DNA from: Octopus vulgaris
Taxonomy: Eukaryota
DNA length: 64,000 bases
Assembly (NCBI GenBank): GCA_951406725.2
Contig: OX597819.1
Span: forward strand, 124,806,001-124,870,000
Direction of reading: 5' to 3'
Made by a program: the position numbers and the translations under genes. Position 1 is the stretch's first letter; each line of letters begins with the position of its first letter. The notes under the pieces are model-generated. The model did no database searches. It was not told where the DNA came from and worked only from the letters and a program-made list of their open reading frames with translations. Positions 1 through 11,419 of the stretch are shown piece by piece.

Positions 1-298
1 CCTCACGTCACTGAGCATAGGCAAACTCCTTCTTTTCTGCTTCTCCCCTTGCTAGATATACCTGTCTCCTAACTTCCCTTCTGGCTATCTGATACAGTTC
101 ACTGCTATCCCCACCCTTCCAGGCCTGTTTCTTTGCTCTAATGGCCTTGCCCACAGCATTGTTCCACCACCATGTCACCTTAGGTCAGGATGGGACTTTG
201 CACCAGTCGCAGATTTGGTCTGTGGCACTGAGCAAGCTGTCCTGCAGGAATTCCCAGTTGCCCTCTATGTTACAAGTCTGTAGTTCCTCTCCCCTCCC
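1..298 (-). mobile_element. RTE-clade LINE internal fragment
   Basis: Reverse complement matches the RTE copy at about 37600-37900 (WWN...RAKKQA...YQIARRE...YLARGEAEK). Confidence 0.8.
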
Positions 299-589
299 AT
301 TTTTTGTTTAAAAATATTTTCAATTTTTTTTTTCATCTTTTTTAAATGCAAAGTGTGTAGTTTTTAAAGAGTGCAGTGCAAATAGAATTGGCCAAAATAG
401 GTCTTGAGGGAGAGGGCTGTCATAAATTTTTCAGAATATTTTTTCATAAAAAGCTTACCCCCATCATTTCCAAGACTGCTATGCAAAAAAGGGAGTGGGG
501 GTGTGGGGTGTGGAAAAGCCCTCAACAAAAAGTAGAAAATTCAACTTATGTGGGCATCCTGATCTGAAATTCTGCCATTTATAGCCATT

Positions 590-752
590 GTCGTCTGTGG
601 TTACATTCTGAGTTCAAATTCCGCCGAGGTCGACTTTGCCTTTCATCCTTTCAAGGTCGATAAATTAAGTACTAGTTATGCACTGGGGTGGATGTAATTG
701 ACTTAATCCGTTTGTCTGTCCTTGTTTGTTCCCCTTGTGGGTAGTAAAGAAA
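590..752 (+). mobile_element. SINE family A, partial
   Basis: gagttcaaattcc B-box plus the gtcgactttgcctttcatcct...gtcgataaattaagtac core shared with many copies. Confidence 0.8.
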
Positions 753-1287
753 AAAAATATTTATAGCCATTTTTGATGGTCCATTAAAATTTTATTGAAA
801 TGTCATATTCCAAGATCTCAGGATTTATGCAGTTCTATTCCAGCTGCAATGGAACAAAATTCAAGTCCCGGTGACTTGTGTCTTTGGGATTTAACTAGGT
901 CTGTAAACACTGCAAAATTGACTGTTTGTGACTTGTAACAAAATAGGCTTTACATAAATATCTTTAAAAATTGCAACTGCTATGCTATGGTCACTATTAA
1001 TGATCATCACCTCAGTTTCTAAGAAATGGCATCATAAATATGGCTAATTTATTCATTTAGGCTAATTAGGCAAGATTTTGACCATTTCACTGACCATTCA
1101 AATTGTCATATTTCCTAAAATATTCATCCAAATTTCACAAATGAGGAATTAAAATGTTTCTTTTTGGATGCTCTCTTAGGAAAAATTGAGTAGAAAGTAC
1201 ATTTTAATATTTCTAAAAATTCATAGTTATTTGCCACCCATGGTGGCAAATGTATATTTCCAAAGTTATCTGTTATACGACAGCTAA

Positions 1288-1777
1288 TCATCATCATCAT
1301 CATCATTTAACGTCCGTTTTCCATGCTAGCATGGTTTGGACGGTTCAACTGGGGTCTGGGAAGCCAGGAGGCTGCACCAGGCTCCAATCTGATCTGGCAG
1401 TGTTTCTACAGCTGGATGCCCATCCTAACGCCAACCACTCCGTGAGTGTAGCGGGTGCTTTTTACATGCCAGGGGAGGCTGGCAACGGCCACGATCGGTT
1501 GGTGCTTTTTATGTGCCACCAGCACAGAAGCCAGTCAAGGTGGTGCTGGCATTGACCACGAATGGATGGTACTTTTTACATGCCAGGGGAGGCTGGCAAC
1601 GGCCATGATCAGTTGGTAGTTTTTACTTGCCACCGACGCTGGCATCAGCCACATATGGATGGTGCTTTTTAGGTGCCAGGGTAAGCTGGCAATGGCCACG
1701 ATTGGTTGGTACTTTTTAGGTGCCACCAGCATAGAAGCCAGTCAAGGCAGCACTAGCATCAGCCACATACAGATGGT
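1288..1777 (-). mobile_element. RTE LINE 3' tail (family C) with internal tandem repeats
   Basis: (CAT)n-tttaacgtccgttttccatgctagcatgg...gtgctttttacgtgccacc units; same sequence is attached to RT-bearing copies at 7018 and 27918. Confidence 0.85.
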
Positions 1778-2568
1778 TAACACTCTGGTAATAAATAATG
1801 TTGCCATATCACAAGTATTGTCTATTTTACATTCATTTTTCTGTACTATTTCGTTTTTGGATTTGGTTTGCAAGATTCTTTATATGAGTTCGTGTGTTGA
1901 AGCATATTCTTTTGTGTCTGAGGAGAGTCATTTTCTTTTTGTGCCTTATTATTTAACACAATCAACGGTAAAATTTCCACGTTTTTCTTATTTTTATTGT
2001 CCTAAAATTTTCGTTGCATCTTGCAACCTTTTCAATAGTAACTTCAATGGTAACTTCAAAATATGCTGTTCACAAGAATTCAGCCCTGCCACACAACATG
2101 AAAATTAACACACCAATAGCAGATCTAGTTAGAATAATGAACAATGCGTCCCCTATGAAATAAAAAAACATACAGAACTTCATACTAGTTGTAAATTAAA
2201 TTTTCCGTTTCAATGATTGATTGATTATTTATTGTTGAGTTGCTTGATGTGCACTTGTTTCTCTAGAACATTCACATGGAATTAGAGAATTGAAAAACAG
2301 GAAAAGAACAATTATTGGGTATTTCTAGTTGTGGCTATCCTGTCTTTCATATCAGGCATATCGTTTCAGTTTGGAAGGTGATTAGAAATTGGTTCACTAC
2401 ATTCAACCTCCTGACTAATTAGAAGTTGTACCCTTCCTGATTTGTCAATTGTTAAATTTAATGAAGGCAACCAAGTATTAATCATATACTTTGGCAATTA
2501 ATTAAAACAATCAACATTTTGATAATAAGTCATCCCATATTAGTGCTCTGAAAACATTAAAAATTATT

Positions 2569-2980
2569 CATCATCGTTTAACGTCCGCTTTCCATGCTAG
2601 CATGGGTTGGATGAATGACTGAGGGCTGGTGAACCAGATGGCTGCACCAGGCTTCAATCTTGATCTGGCAGAGTTTCTACAGCTGGATGCCCTTCCTAAC
2701 GCTAACCACTCCAAGAGTGTAGTGGGTGCTTTTACGTACCTCCGGCACAGGGCCAGTCGGGTGGCAATGGCAACAACCTCGCTCAAATCTTTTATACATG
2801 CCACCAGCACAGGTGCCAGTAAGGCGATGCTGGTAACGATCATGCTCGAATGGTGCCCTTTTACGTGCCACCGGCATGGAAGCCAGTTGGCTGCTCTGGC
2901 AACGATCACGCTCGAATGGTGCTCTTAATACCCTACTAGCACGGGGCTTGAGTGCCAGTAAGGCGACACTGGTAACGATT
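2569..2980 (-). mobile_element. RTE 3' tail (family C variant)
   Basis: Same terminal sequence and repeat units. Confidence 0.8.
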
Positions 2981-3157
2981 AAAAAAATATATTTAGTAGT
3001 TTTGTGTTAGAGCATTTAATTTGTTAAAATTGTTTTCTCTTCTGATCATTATTAAATGTACATAGTTATTATTTCTTTAATGTTTTCTTTCATTTGAATC
3101 CCACACTGCTTATATATTTAAGCTTAATTCCAATATTCTTTCTCTTTTCCATTCTAG

Positions 3158-3213
3158 TATGCCTTTAGTCATGATGGCTGTTGGGCTTCCCTTGTGGCAA
3201 ACATTTTGCAAAG
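3158..3213 (+). CDS. IAH1: Isoamyl acetate-hydrolyzing esterase 1 homolog (SGNH hydrolase), first coding exon visible in window
   Basis: ttctag|TAT...CAAAG|gtaag; encodes YAFSHDGCWASLVANILQ(R), matching IAH1 FSF..GGWGASLA..L.R that follows GDSITQ; phase 2 joins the next exon. Confidence 0.85.
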
Positions 3214-3252
3214 GTAAGACTAATTTTTGTAATTATTTTAGGATAAGTTAGC

Positions 3253-3302
<50 letters not shown>

Positions 3303-3462
3303 AGAGTTTACGAAAAAAACAAAAGACGAAGACAGGTGGTGTACAAAACAAACAGATGTATTAGTATAACGCTCAGGAATAGAAAAAGTCTTTTACGTTT
3401 TGAGCTTACATCTTCTGCAGAAAGGGACACAGAAAAAACAAAGAGAGAAAAAAGGATATATA

Positions 3463-3610
3463 TGGAGTGGTTGGCGTTAGGAAGGGCATCCAGCCGTAGA
3501 AACATTGCCAGATCAAACTGGGCCTGGTGCAGCCTTCTGGCTTCCCAGACCCCAGTTGAACCGTCCAACCCATGCTAGCATGGAAAGCGGTTGCTAAACG
3601 ATGATGATGA
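3463..3610 (+). mobile_element. RTE 3' tail (family C), opposite orientation
   Basis: ggagtggttggcgttaggaagggcatccag...catgctagcatgg...(GAT)n. Confidence 0.8.
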
Positions 3611-3619
3611 TATATATAT

Positions 3620-3800
3620 ATCACCCATAAGAAATATGGTCACATGGTGTTCCAGTTTCATGAGGATTTCTTTAATTCTTGTGAGGCAATCTTCAAACTT
3701 GCCTATGTGGTTCGGAGCATCCGGTGGGCAATATGTATTGCATATGACTATATTATGCAGTCTTATGTATACAATTAGAGTGTCAAGTGTCACGTACCAA
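3620..3800 (-). mobile_element. LINE APE endonuclease fragment
   Basis: IVICNTYCPPD...IFLMGD resembles the APE YRPP...GDFN motifs. Confidence 0.5.
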
Positions 3801-4024
3801 ATTATTTGAGTATGACAGTAAAGCCTGGGGTGTGAGGTTGTCACATATGTATACAGCAACTCCACCATGGCACCTTTCCCTTCTATCCGTTCACAGTATG
3901 GCATAGCTCTATATGAGCAACTGACTATAAAGCTGCTACACCAGTTTTGAGGGATGACGCATTCATAAATAACCTGATTAACTATATGGGGGACCTGACT
4001 GTATCCTACTCTACTAGATATAAA

Positions 4025-4345
4025 TAAGCATCTCGGCAGTGACTCCTGATGGACCAGGGGCTTTCCCTGTCTTCATATCCTTAATTACCTTATCCATCAT
4101 ACTGCTGTTAACTTGAATAGCTGTTTGGTTCACATATGGGAGGCGCCGGGCGAAATGCTTAGCGGTATTTTGTCTGTCGTTACGTTCTGAGTTCAAATTC
4201 CGCTGAGGTCGACTTTGCCTTTCATCATCTCGGGGTCGATAAATTAAATACCAGTTTTGCACTGGGTCGATGTAATCAACTTAATCCCTTTGTCTGTCCT
4301 TGTTTGTCCCCTCTATGTTTAGCCCCTTGTGGGTAGTAAAGAAAT
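4025..4345. mobile_element. RTE fragment (-) followed by SINE A (+)
   Basis: MKTGKAPGPSGVTAEML on the minus strand; SINE A at about 4144-4345. Confidence 0.75.
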
Positions 4346-4970
4346 ATATGGGAGACTCCCTTTCTCCCATTCATTATACATATTTAATAGCACTTTCATA
4401 TCTTTTTTCTCTTTTCAGAATCATTAAACGCTAGCATACCATTATCCATCCATACACGCTTCTCTCCCGCAACATCTTGACCCTTTCTAAACCAAACACC
4501 CCCTCCCTCTTCTGAGGTCCTTAGTCTTGCAAGTTGCCAAGGAACCTCACTAGTGCTGGTGCTGTGAAAAAGCATCCAGTACATGTTGTAAAATATTTGG
4601 TGTATGGAAGTGCATCCAGCTGTTGAAGTCATACCTAAATAGATATACGAGAGCCTGATGCAGTTCTTGGACCCATTGGATCCCATGAAGCTGTGCAATT
4701 CATGCTAGTGTGGAACATGGACGTTAAATGATGCCATTATTGTTGTTTCTTGAATTGCAACTATAGATGATTGAAAAGGATTTCACTAAGAGGAGGCTTA
4801 TGAATGTGGCTTCTAAAATCCTTGATGCTGTGAGCCTTTCACCAATTTCTAGCTAATAGTTTTTGGTTGCTGCACTGGTGGATTCAGTGTGGTACTTTTA
4901 TTAGTATATAATTTGCACTGTTAACTTTCAATTCAATTTTTCTAAACTTTTCTTTTCATTTTGATTGTAG

Positions 4971-5190
4971 GAAATGTGATGTTATCAACCGGGGATTCTC
5001 TGGATATAACAGTCGGTGGTGTAAAAAGATTTTGCCTTCTGTATTGAATAAAAATGAACTGAAAGATGCTGTATTTGTGACTATATTCTTAGGAGCAAAT
5101 GATTGTGCTGATGTAAAAATTAATCCTCTTCAACATGTTCCTGTAGATGAATTCAAAAACAACATGGTAGAGATGGTTCAAATACTTCAG
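4971..5190 (+). CDS. IAH1: IAH1 exon with SGNH blocks II and III
   Basis: ttgtag|G AAA TGT...CTT CAG|gtgaaa; KCDVINRGFSGYNSRW...VTIFLGANDCA...QHVPVDEF. Confidence 0.95.
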
Positions 5191-5430
5191 GTGAAAATTT
5201 TTATTATATTTAAACTGATTCCACCCACCTTTTATTTTATGCATACAGGTATTGCTGTTTGTTTATGAACGAGTATGATTAAGGAGTTTGTTTTCTCAAA
5301 CCACCTCATTTTTGGTTCAGTCCCTTTGCATGTCTTCTACTATAGCCTTGGAAGTAGAACACGCAAGGAGACAGAGGTACACACACACATACATAAAAAC
5401 ACGTAAACACATGTATATACAGAATATCCT

Positions 5431-5888
5431 CATCATCATCTTCATCATCGTTTAACATCTGTTTTCCCTGCTAGCATGGGTTGGACGGTTCGACCGGGGT
5501 CTGGGAAGCCAGGAGGCTGCACCAGGCTCCAGTCTTGATCTGGCAGTGTTTCTACAGCTGGATGCCCTTCCTAACGCCAACCACTCCATGAGTGTAGTGG
5601 GTGCTTTTTATGTGCCACTGGCACAGGGGCCAGGAGAGGCTGACAACGGCCACGATCGGTTGGTGCTTTTTACGTGCTACCAGCACAGAAGCCAGTCAAG
5701 GCGGCGCTGGCATCGGCCATGTTCGAATGGTGCTTTTTACGTGCCACCTGCACAGAAGCCAGTCAAGGCGGCGCTGGCATCGGCCACGTTCGGATGGTGC
5801 TTTTTACGTGCTACCAGCACAGAAGCCAGTCAAGGCGGCGCTGGCATCGGCCATGTTCGAATGGTGCTTTTTACGTGCCACCAGCACA
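5431..5888 (-). mobile_element. RTE 3' tail (family C)
   Basis: Family C terminus plus about 3 tandem aagccagtcaaggcggcgctggcatcggcc units. Confidence 0.85.
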
Positions 5889-6230
5889 ATCAATACATAC
5901 ATATTAATATACACACACACATACATAAATACATGCATATACACACATACATACATACACATATATGCATGTGTATGCACTTACACACATTAACTCACAC
6001 ACATGTGCACAAACACAACAAGGAATGCAGTGTGAATAACGGACAGTCAAAACTATTGAAAAGGTTGCAAGTGGCAGCGAAAATTTTAGAAAAATCCATG
6101 CTGTATTGTGTGCACGATAGGTGAACTGCGATATGGCGAGGCATTACTGTATATATATATATATGTGTGTGTGTATACGTTTGTAAGAGAGGGATATGTG
6201 CATATGTGTGAGTATAATAATAATAATAAT

Positions 6231-6503
6231 AATGAAATTATTGTATAAATAGACAGGCAAAAAAAAAAAAAATAAATAGTGCTCAGGTGCACCACAACTT
6301 GTCAGAATATATGCAGTAATATACAAATGTCTGGAAAGCGAACAATGCATGAGTCAGATACATGCTTGTGTGTGTATGGAGGGGAAAATATCAGGTGTAG
6401 TGTTGGCGAATCTCAGGAAGCATGGAAGTTTTGAAGGATGCAGAGCTCCGACAACTAACAACTGATGCCGGCAGTTTGTTCCATGCTTCAGCAACTCTCA
6501 GCG
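6231..6503 (-). mobile_element. CR1/L2-type LINE 3' end
   Basis: Minus strand LRVAEAWNKLPASVVSCRS..SFK, a typical CR1 ORF2 C-terminus; (ATT)n tail; near-identical copies at 23365 and 47278. Confidence 0.75.
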
Positions 6504-6690
6504 TATGTACGTATGCACATTTACATATATCTCAAAAGATATTTACAAAATAGCATAGTGTTAAAAGTATACAGTAACAAAATTATGAATAAAATTTTAT
6601 ATATTATTTAACTATCAAAGGGATTTCTCAATCATCCTCTGCATGTGTTTTTCTCTCTATATTTTAAACTACGAATATATATTCAAACAG

Positions 6691-6778
6691 GAAAGTGGAT
6701 TATCTGCTGAGCAAGTGATTCTAATCGGCCCTCCTGCTGTAGATGAAGAGTCCTGGGCCAAGTGTTGTGAACAAAAAG
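6691..6778 (+). CDS. IAH1: IAH1 exon
   Basis: aaacag|GAA...AAA G|gtaac; ESGLSAEQVILIGPPAVDEESWAKCCEQK, similar to IAH1 VILITPTPL..W. Confidence 0.9.
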
Positions 6779-7017
6779 GTAACATTGTCTTTCTAACTTC
6801 CATTTCATTATGATAATGATGCAGAAAATCTTCACAGCATAGTATTATTTTTTTGCAACTGCGTGGGACAAACCGTCTGGCCACATGGGACACATTGCTC
6901 TATCAATTATATGAAAGTTGAATGTGTGTGTTTTGGTCACACTCACCTGAGTATATTATTTGTGTTAATTCAACATACCTCATTAGGTGTTTCTTATTAA
7001 GTGTTGACATGAACTTA

Positions 7018-8168
7018 TTCATCGTCATTGTCATCATCATCATATAACATCCATTCTCCATTCTGGCATGGGTTAGACAGTTTTACTGGAACTGGAGAGC
7101 TGAATCAAGTTCCAGTCTGATCTGGCAAGGTTTCTATGGCTAGATGCCCTTCCTAACACCAACCACTCCGAGAGTGTAATGGGTGCTTTTTACATGCCAC
7201 TGGTAATGATTTTGACTACTATTCATGGGTGTCATTTACATGGCACCATTTATATGACACAGGTGCCATTTATATGGCACTGGAAATGGCCAGAACTACA
7301 ATGTCATGGGTACCATTTACATGACACCAGCACAGTTACAACTACTGGCCTGATGAGACTTCTTGTGCACTGCATATCACCACAGGTTTCGGGCACTTGT
7401 CATTGCTTCTGTGAGGCCCAACATTTGAAGATCATGCTTCACCACCTCATCCCATGTCTTCCTGGCTCTACCTCTGCCATAGGTTCCTCCACAGTTAGAG
7501 ATTGACACTTCTTTACAGAGCTCTCCTTGTCCATATACATCACGTGACCATACCAGCATAGTCGTCTCTCTTGCGCACCACATCTGATGCCTCTTATGCC
7601 CAACTTTTCTCTCAAGGTGCTAACACTGTCGTACATGCACACTGATATTGCACATCCAGCAAAGCATACTAAGCCTCATTTTTGTCAAGCCTACAGCCCA
7701 TGTTTCACTGCCATGTAGCATAGCTGTTCGCACACAGGCATCATACAGTCTTCCTTTCATTCTGAGGGAGAGGCCCTTTGTTACCCAAGAGGTAGGAGCT
7801 CTCTGAACATTTCCCAGCCTATTCTTATTCTAGCTGCTATGCTTTCAGAGCATCTACCTCCACTACTGACTTGGTAACCTAGATAATGGAAGCTATCAAC
7901 TACATCTAACTTACCCACCTGGTATTGGATGGAGCCTATTTTCTGCATGTTTGAATTTTTTATTGTACCCGTGCACCTGCCACACACAAAAACTATTTTC
8001 CCTGTTAATCTTTCTCTGGTATTGCTGCATCTCTTATGTGTCTGTAGCTTACACTGGGTGCATATTCTGAAGTTTCTACCTACCCCTTTTATACAGATTG
8101 AGCAGGGCCATCTACTGAAGGGATTTGCCATTTGTCCACTTTCTTCCTTACTAAGACTTTGCTTTTTG
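7018..8168 (-). mobile_element. 5'-truncated RTE LINE (RT C-terminus with PHD-like finger, 3' tail)
   Basis: WPCSICIKGVG...HKRC...FVCGRC, VDSFHYLG, RLCWYGHV, GRGRARKTW; frameshifted. Confidence 0.9.
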
Positions 8169-8454
8169 CTAGATTATTATATAGTAAAACTTACCAATAT
8201 TTCAAATTGGAAGGTGATTTATGTTTATGCAAGAAATTCCACTGGTATATGTTTGTGCACACATACATGTGCACAAACATGTATCAGTAGCAATTCCTGC
8301 ATGAAACAAAGCATGTCATAAGTGACTTAGATATATAAATGCAAATAACATCAGATTTTAATATAAATTTTTCATTTGTATGAGACAGAGCTAGAAATAG
8401 AGTACATACATGCTATATGTATCTTACTCCATGTATATAGCTTAGATTTTTTTT

Positions 8455-9085
8455 GGCACGCAAAAAGGACCAACCAATGGTGGAGGTTTCCAGCCTCCCC
8501 TGGCACCTGTGCCGGTGGCATGTAAAAAGCACCAGCCATATGTGGTCGATGCCAGCACCACCTTGACTGGCTTCTGTGTCGGTGGCATGTAAAAAGCACC
8601 AACCAGCCTGTTGCCAGCCTCCCCTGGCACCTGTGCTGGTGGCACGTAAAAAGCACCAGCTGTACGTGGTCGATGCCAGCGCCGCCTTGACTGGCTTCTG
8701 TGTCGGTAGCATGTAAAAAGCACCAACCGATCATGGCTGTTTCCAGCCTCCCCTGGCACCTGTGCCGGTGGCACGTAAAAAGCACCAGCCGTACGTGGTC
8801 GATGCCAGCGCCACCTTGACTGGCTTCCGTGCCGGTGGCACATAAAAAGCACCAACCGTTTGTGGCCGTTGCCAGCCTACCCTGGCACCTGTACCGGTGG
8901 CATGTAAAAAGCACCCACTACACTCACGGAGTGGTTGGCATTAGGAAGGGCATCCAGCTGTAGAAACACTACCAGATCAGACTGGAGCCTGGTGCAGCCT
9001 CCTGGCTTCCCAGACCCCAGTCGAACCATCCAACCCATGCTAGCATGGAAAACGGACGTTAAACGATAATGATGACGATGATGAT
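8455..9085 (+). mobile_element. RTE 3' tail (family C) with expanded repeat units
   Basis: Alternating repeat units ending ggacgttaaacgat(GAT)n. Confidence 0.85.
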
Positions 9086-9469
9086 GTGCTAGCTTTATTA
9101 TCAGGTGTGACTCCTGATATACATACATTTCTCTCTTTCATAATATCGATAGTCTGCTTGCTTTACTACTTTCTTTCTCTATCTTGGTCCTGAAAAAAAT
9201 ATATATCTTGTCTTTTTCATGATAATTTGTTTTATTTTGTCCAATGAAAGCTTTTGACTTGTTGAAAGTTTGTATATCTTGTCTTTCTAATAAATTCATA
9301 TATTTTGTCTCATGAAAGTTATATGGTCCACTATTCTGCAATGTGCCCATCCACCCTTGCCCCCCACCACATGCCCCACAACCACCATCACAAACCATAT
9401 CTGCCTCCACCACTTTCATCTATCCCCCAACCCTCAATTGGATACAAGCAGCAATATCTCATCATCATC

Positions 9470-9835
9470 ATCATCATCATTGTTCGACCGTGATCGAGAC
9501 AATGGAACTTACCATGCTACACCAGACTTCACGGTCCATCATGGCATTACGGAGGTCCTGTTGCTGGATGCCTGTATCCCTGGAGATTACATCAGGGTAG
9601 GAGAGTGGGTGTTTGTTTGGTGTTGTTTGGTTGGGAGCTGACTCTTCTCCATCAGGTGATACCCATCTGTTAAGATTGAGGGCATCACCGTCAGTGGACG
9701 CCCTTGGAGGTACAACGTGATCAGAGACAGGACCCTGCAAAGCAGGGGCTGGACCTACATCCGCAGGTATACCATTAGGTCTGGTTCCCTGGGGAAGAGG
9801 AACCCTGGTGCAGTTAATTGTAAATTCCATAGTCT
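9470..9835 (-). mobile_element. Second RTE-like family: 3' end, possibly internally deleted element
   Basis: YPDVISRDTG...LRNAMMDREVW is a typical RTE C-terminus; followed by (TGA)n tail. Confidence 0.6.
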
Positions 9836-10057
9836 TTTCAAATGGCTAATATCTCAATAATTAACACAGAAACATGGAAAAAAAGTCGTGAGACCCAGAT
9901 TAAATGAAACTTCGAAAATTGCCCATAGTGTTTCAAGATGCACTTTTAACCATGTTGTAAATATTTTGTCAATGTTATGTTTTGTTAGTTTCATTGTTGT
10001 AGTTTACTGGCTAATTTGGATTTAATCCTTGTTTTATGTTCCTTGGTTTGTTTACAG

Positions 10058-10176
10058 ATCGAGTCAGTTCAAATTTCAATAAAAACACAATTCATTACGC
10101 TGCAGCATGCAAACAAGCAGCTGACGAGGTTGGCACTCAATGCATAGACCTTTATACAGAAATGATGAAGCATAAT
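10058..10176 (+). CDS. IAH1: IAH1 exon
   Basis: ttacag|AT CGA...CAT AAT|gtaagt; RVSSNFNKNTIHYAAACKQAADEVGTQCIDLYTEMMKHN. Confidence 0.9.
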
Positions 10177-10281
10177 GTAAGTGTTTTTTCCATTCTTTAC
10201 ATTACATGTGTGAAGGAGACATCACTGTCATTAGTTTACTATCATTTGATCTTTCACTTTGATCATTTTTTTTGTTGTTAT

Positions 10282-10670
10282 TGCTGTTGCTGTTGCTGTT
10301 GAGCGAACAGTCTTCGTCTCAGAGCTCGCAAGAAGGAAGAAATTCGAAATGTGGTCCTTTGCTATTCGTAAGACCCGCAGAAGAGAAAGCGGGTCAACCC
10401 CCCCAACACCGAGAGCATCGACGGATGGATGAATGCGCATCCAGGCTCAGCGGTTGCGTAGGAAGTCGGGGACAAGAAACAGGAAGGAAGAGTGAGAGAA
10501 AGTTGGAGCGAAAGAGTACAACAGGGGTCGCCACCACCCCCTGCCGGAGCCTCGTGGAGCTTTAGGTGTTTTCGCTCAATAAACACACACAACGCCCGGT
10601 CTGGGAATTGAAACCGCGATCTTCTGACTGCGAGTCTGCTGCCCTAACCACCGGGCCATTGCGCCTCCAC
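10282..10670 (-). mobile_element. tRNA-derived SINE family D
   Basis: Head gtggaggcgcaatggcccggtggttagggcagcagactcgc...ggtttcaattccc with A/B boxes; (CAA/CAG) tail; copies at 52450 and 59525. Confidence 0.85.
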
Positions 10671-10827
10671 TTGCTGCTGCTGTTGTAGTGCGTGTGTTTT
10701 TATTGGCTAAACTGGCAAAATGACCATTCCTAAATACAACAATATCTGTTTCAACACACGATTTCACATAAAAAATCTTGCAAAACAAATATATAAATGT
10801 AATATATTTATTTTCTGTTTTATTTAG

Positions 10828-11004
10828 AACTGGAAAGAGATGCTGAATGATGGACTTCATTTATCAAACAAAGGTTCCTGTTTTCTGTTCTCTCTGTTAC
10901 TCCCTTTGGTAGAGGAACTGACAAAGAATTTGCCATTTATACTCCCTTACTGGGCGGATGTTGACCCAAACAACCTTGAGATGTTACTAGATGGTATCAA
11001 ATAA
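10828..11004 (+). CDS. IAH1: IAH1 terminal exon with catalytic DxxH
   Basis: tttag|AAC TGG...AAA TAA; NWKEMLNDGLHLSNKG...LPFILPYWADV; DGLH and LPYW motifs. Confidence 0.95.
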   Translation, partial: NWKEMLNDGLHLSNKGSCFLFSLLLPLVEELTKNLPFILPYWADVDPNNLEMLLDGIK

Positions 11005-11419
11005 AGTTGTACCACAGGCATTTAACTACAGTTATTACTGGAGGAATTTGGGGATCTTTTTATTTTTGTTATTTGTACCCCTTTTAGGGATTTCAATCTA
11101 CTTTCTGTCTTTCATTCTTTCCTTTTTATACACGCCTTTTTCACTCTCCCTTGAAGTGTGTGTATATATTTATATATATATATATATATATATACATTTG
11201 TTGTGTGCAACAGAAGCATTCTTAATTTGAAATATCATACTTAATACAAACAACATTGAAAGCTTAATTAACTGTCGTATTCGTCCTGAGATGATATCTC
11301 ATAAATGTACTGTATTAAAAAAACCACAAAACCAGCAGTAGCAGTGCTAGTAGCATATAGTGGTACAGTTCTATATCTCTCAAGCCAAACTCTTAGCCTG
11401 TCATTGTTTCTGGCACTAT

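Noticed and set aside
1-3157. IAH1 first exon (FGDSITQ)
   Set aside because: No matching coding sequence found; presumably upstream of the window
3300-3455. Possible PLE-terminal hammerhead on the minus strand (ctgcagaaga...ctcaaaac)
   Set aside because: Core nucleotides do not match CUGANGA/GAAA; too degenerate to support
5546-6124. Long ORFs of the type MFLQLDALPNANHS.../VLFTCH... (also 8372-8914, 27891-28418, 36969-37376, 44968-45546)
   Set aside because: Translations of the repetitive RTE 3' UTR; open in several frames, no coding signature
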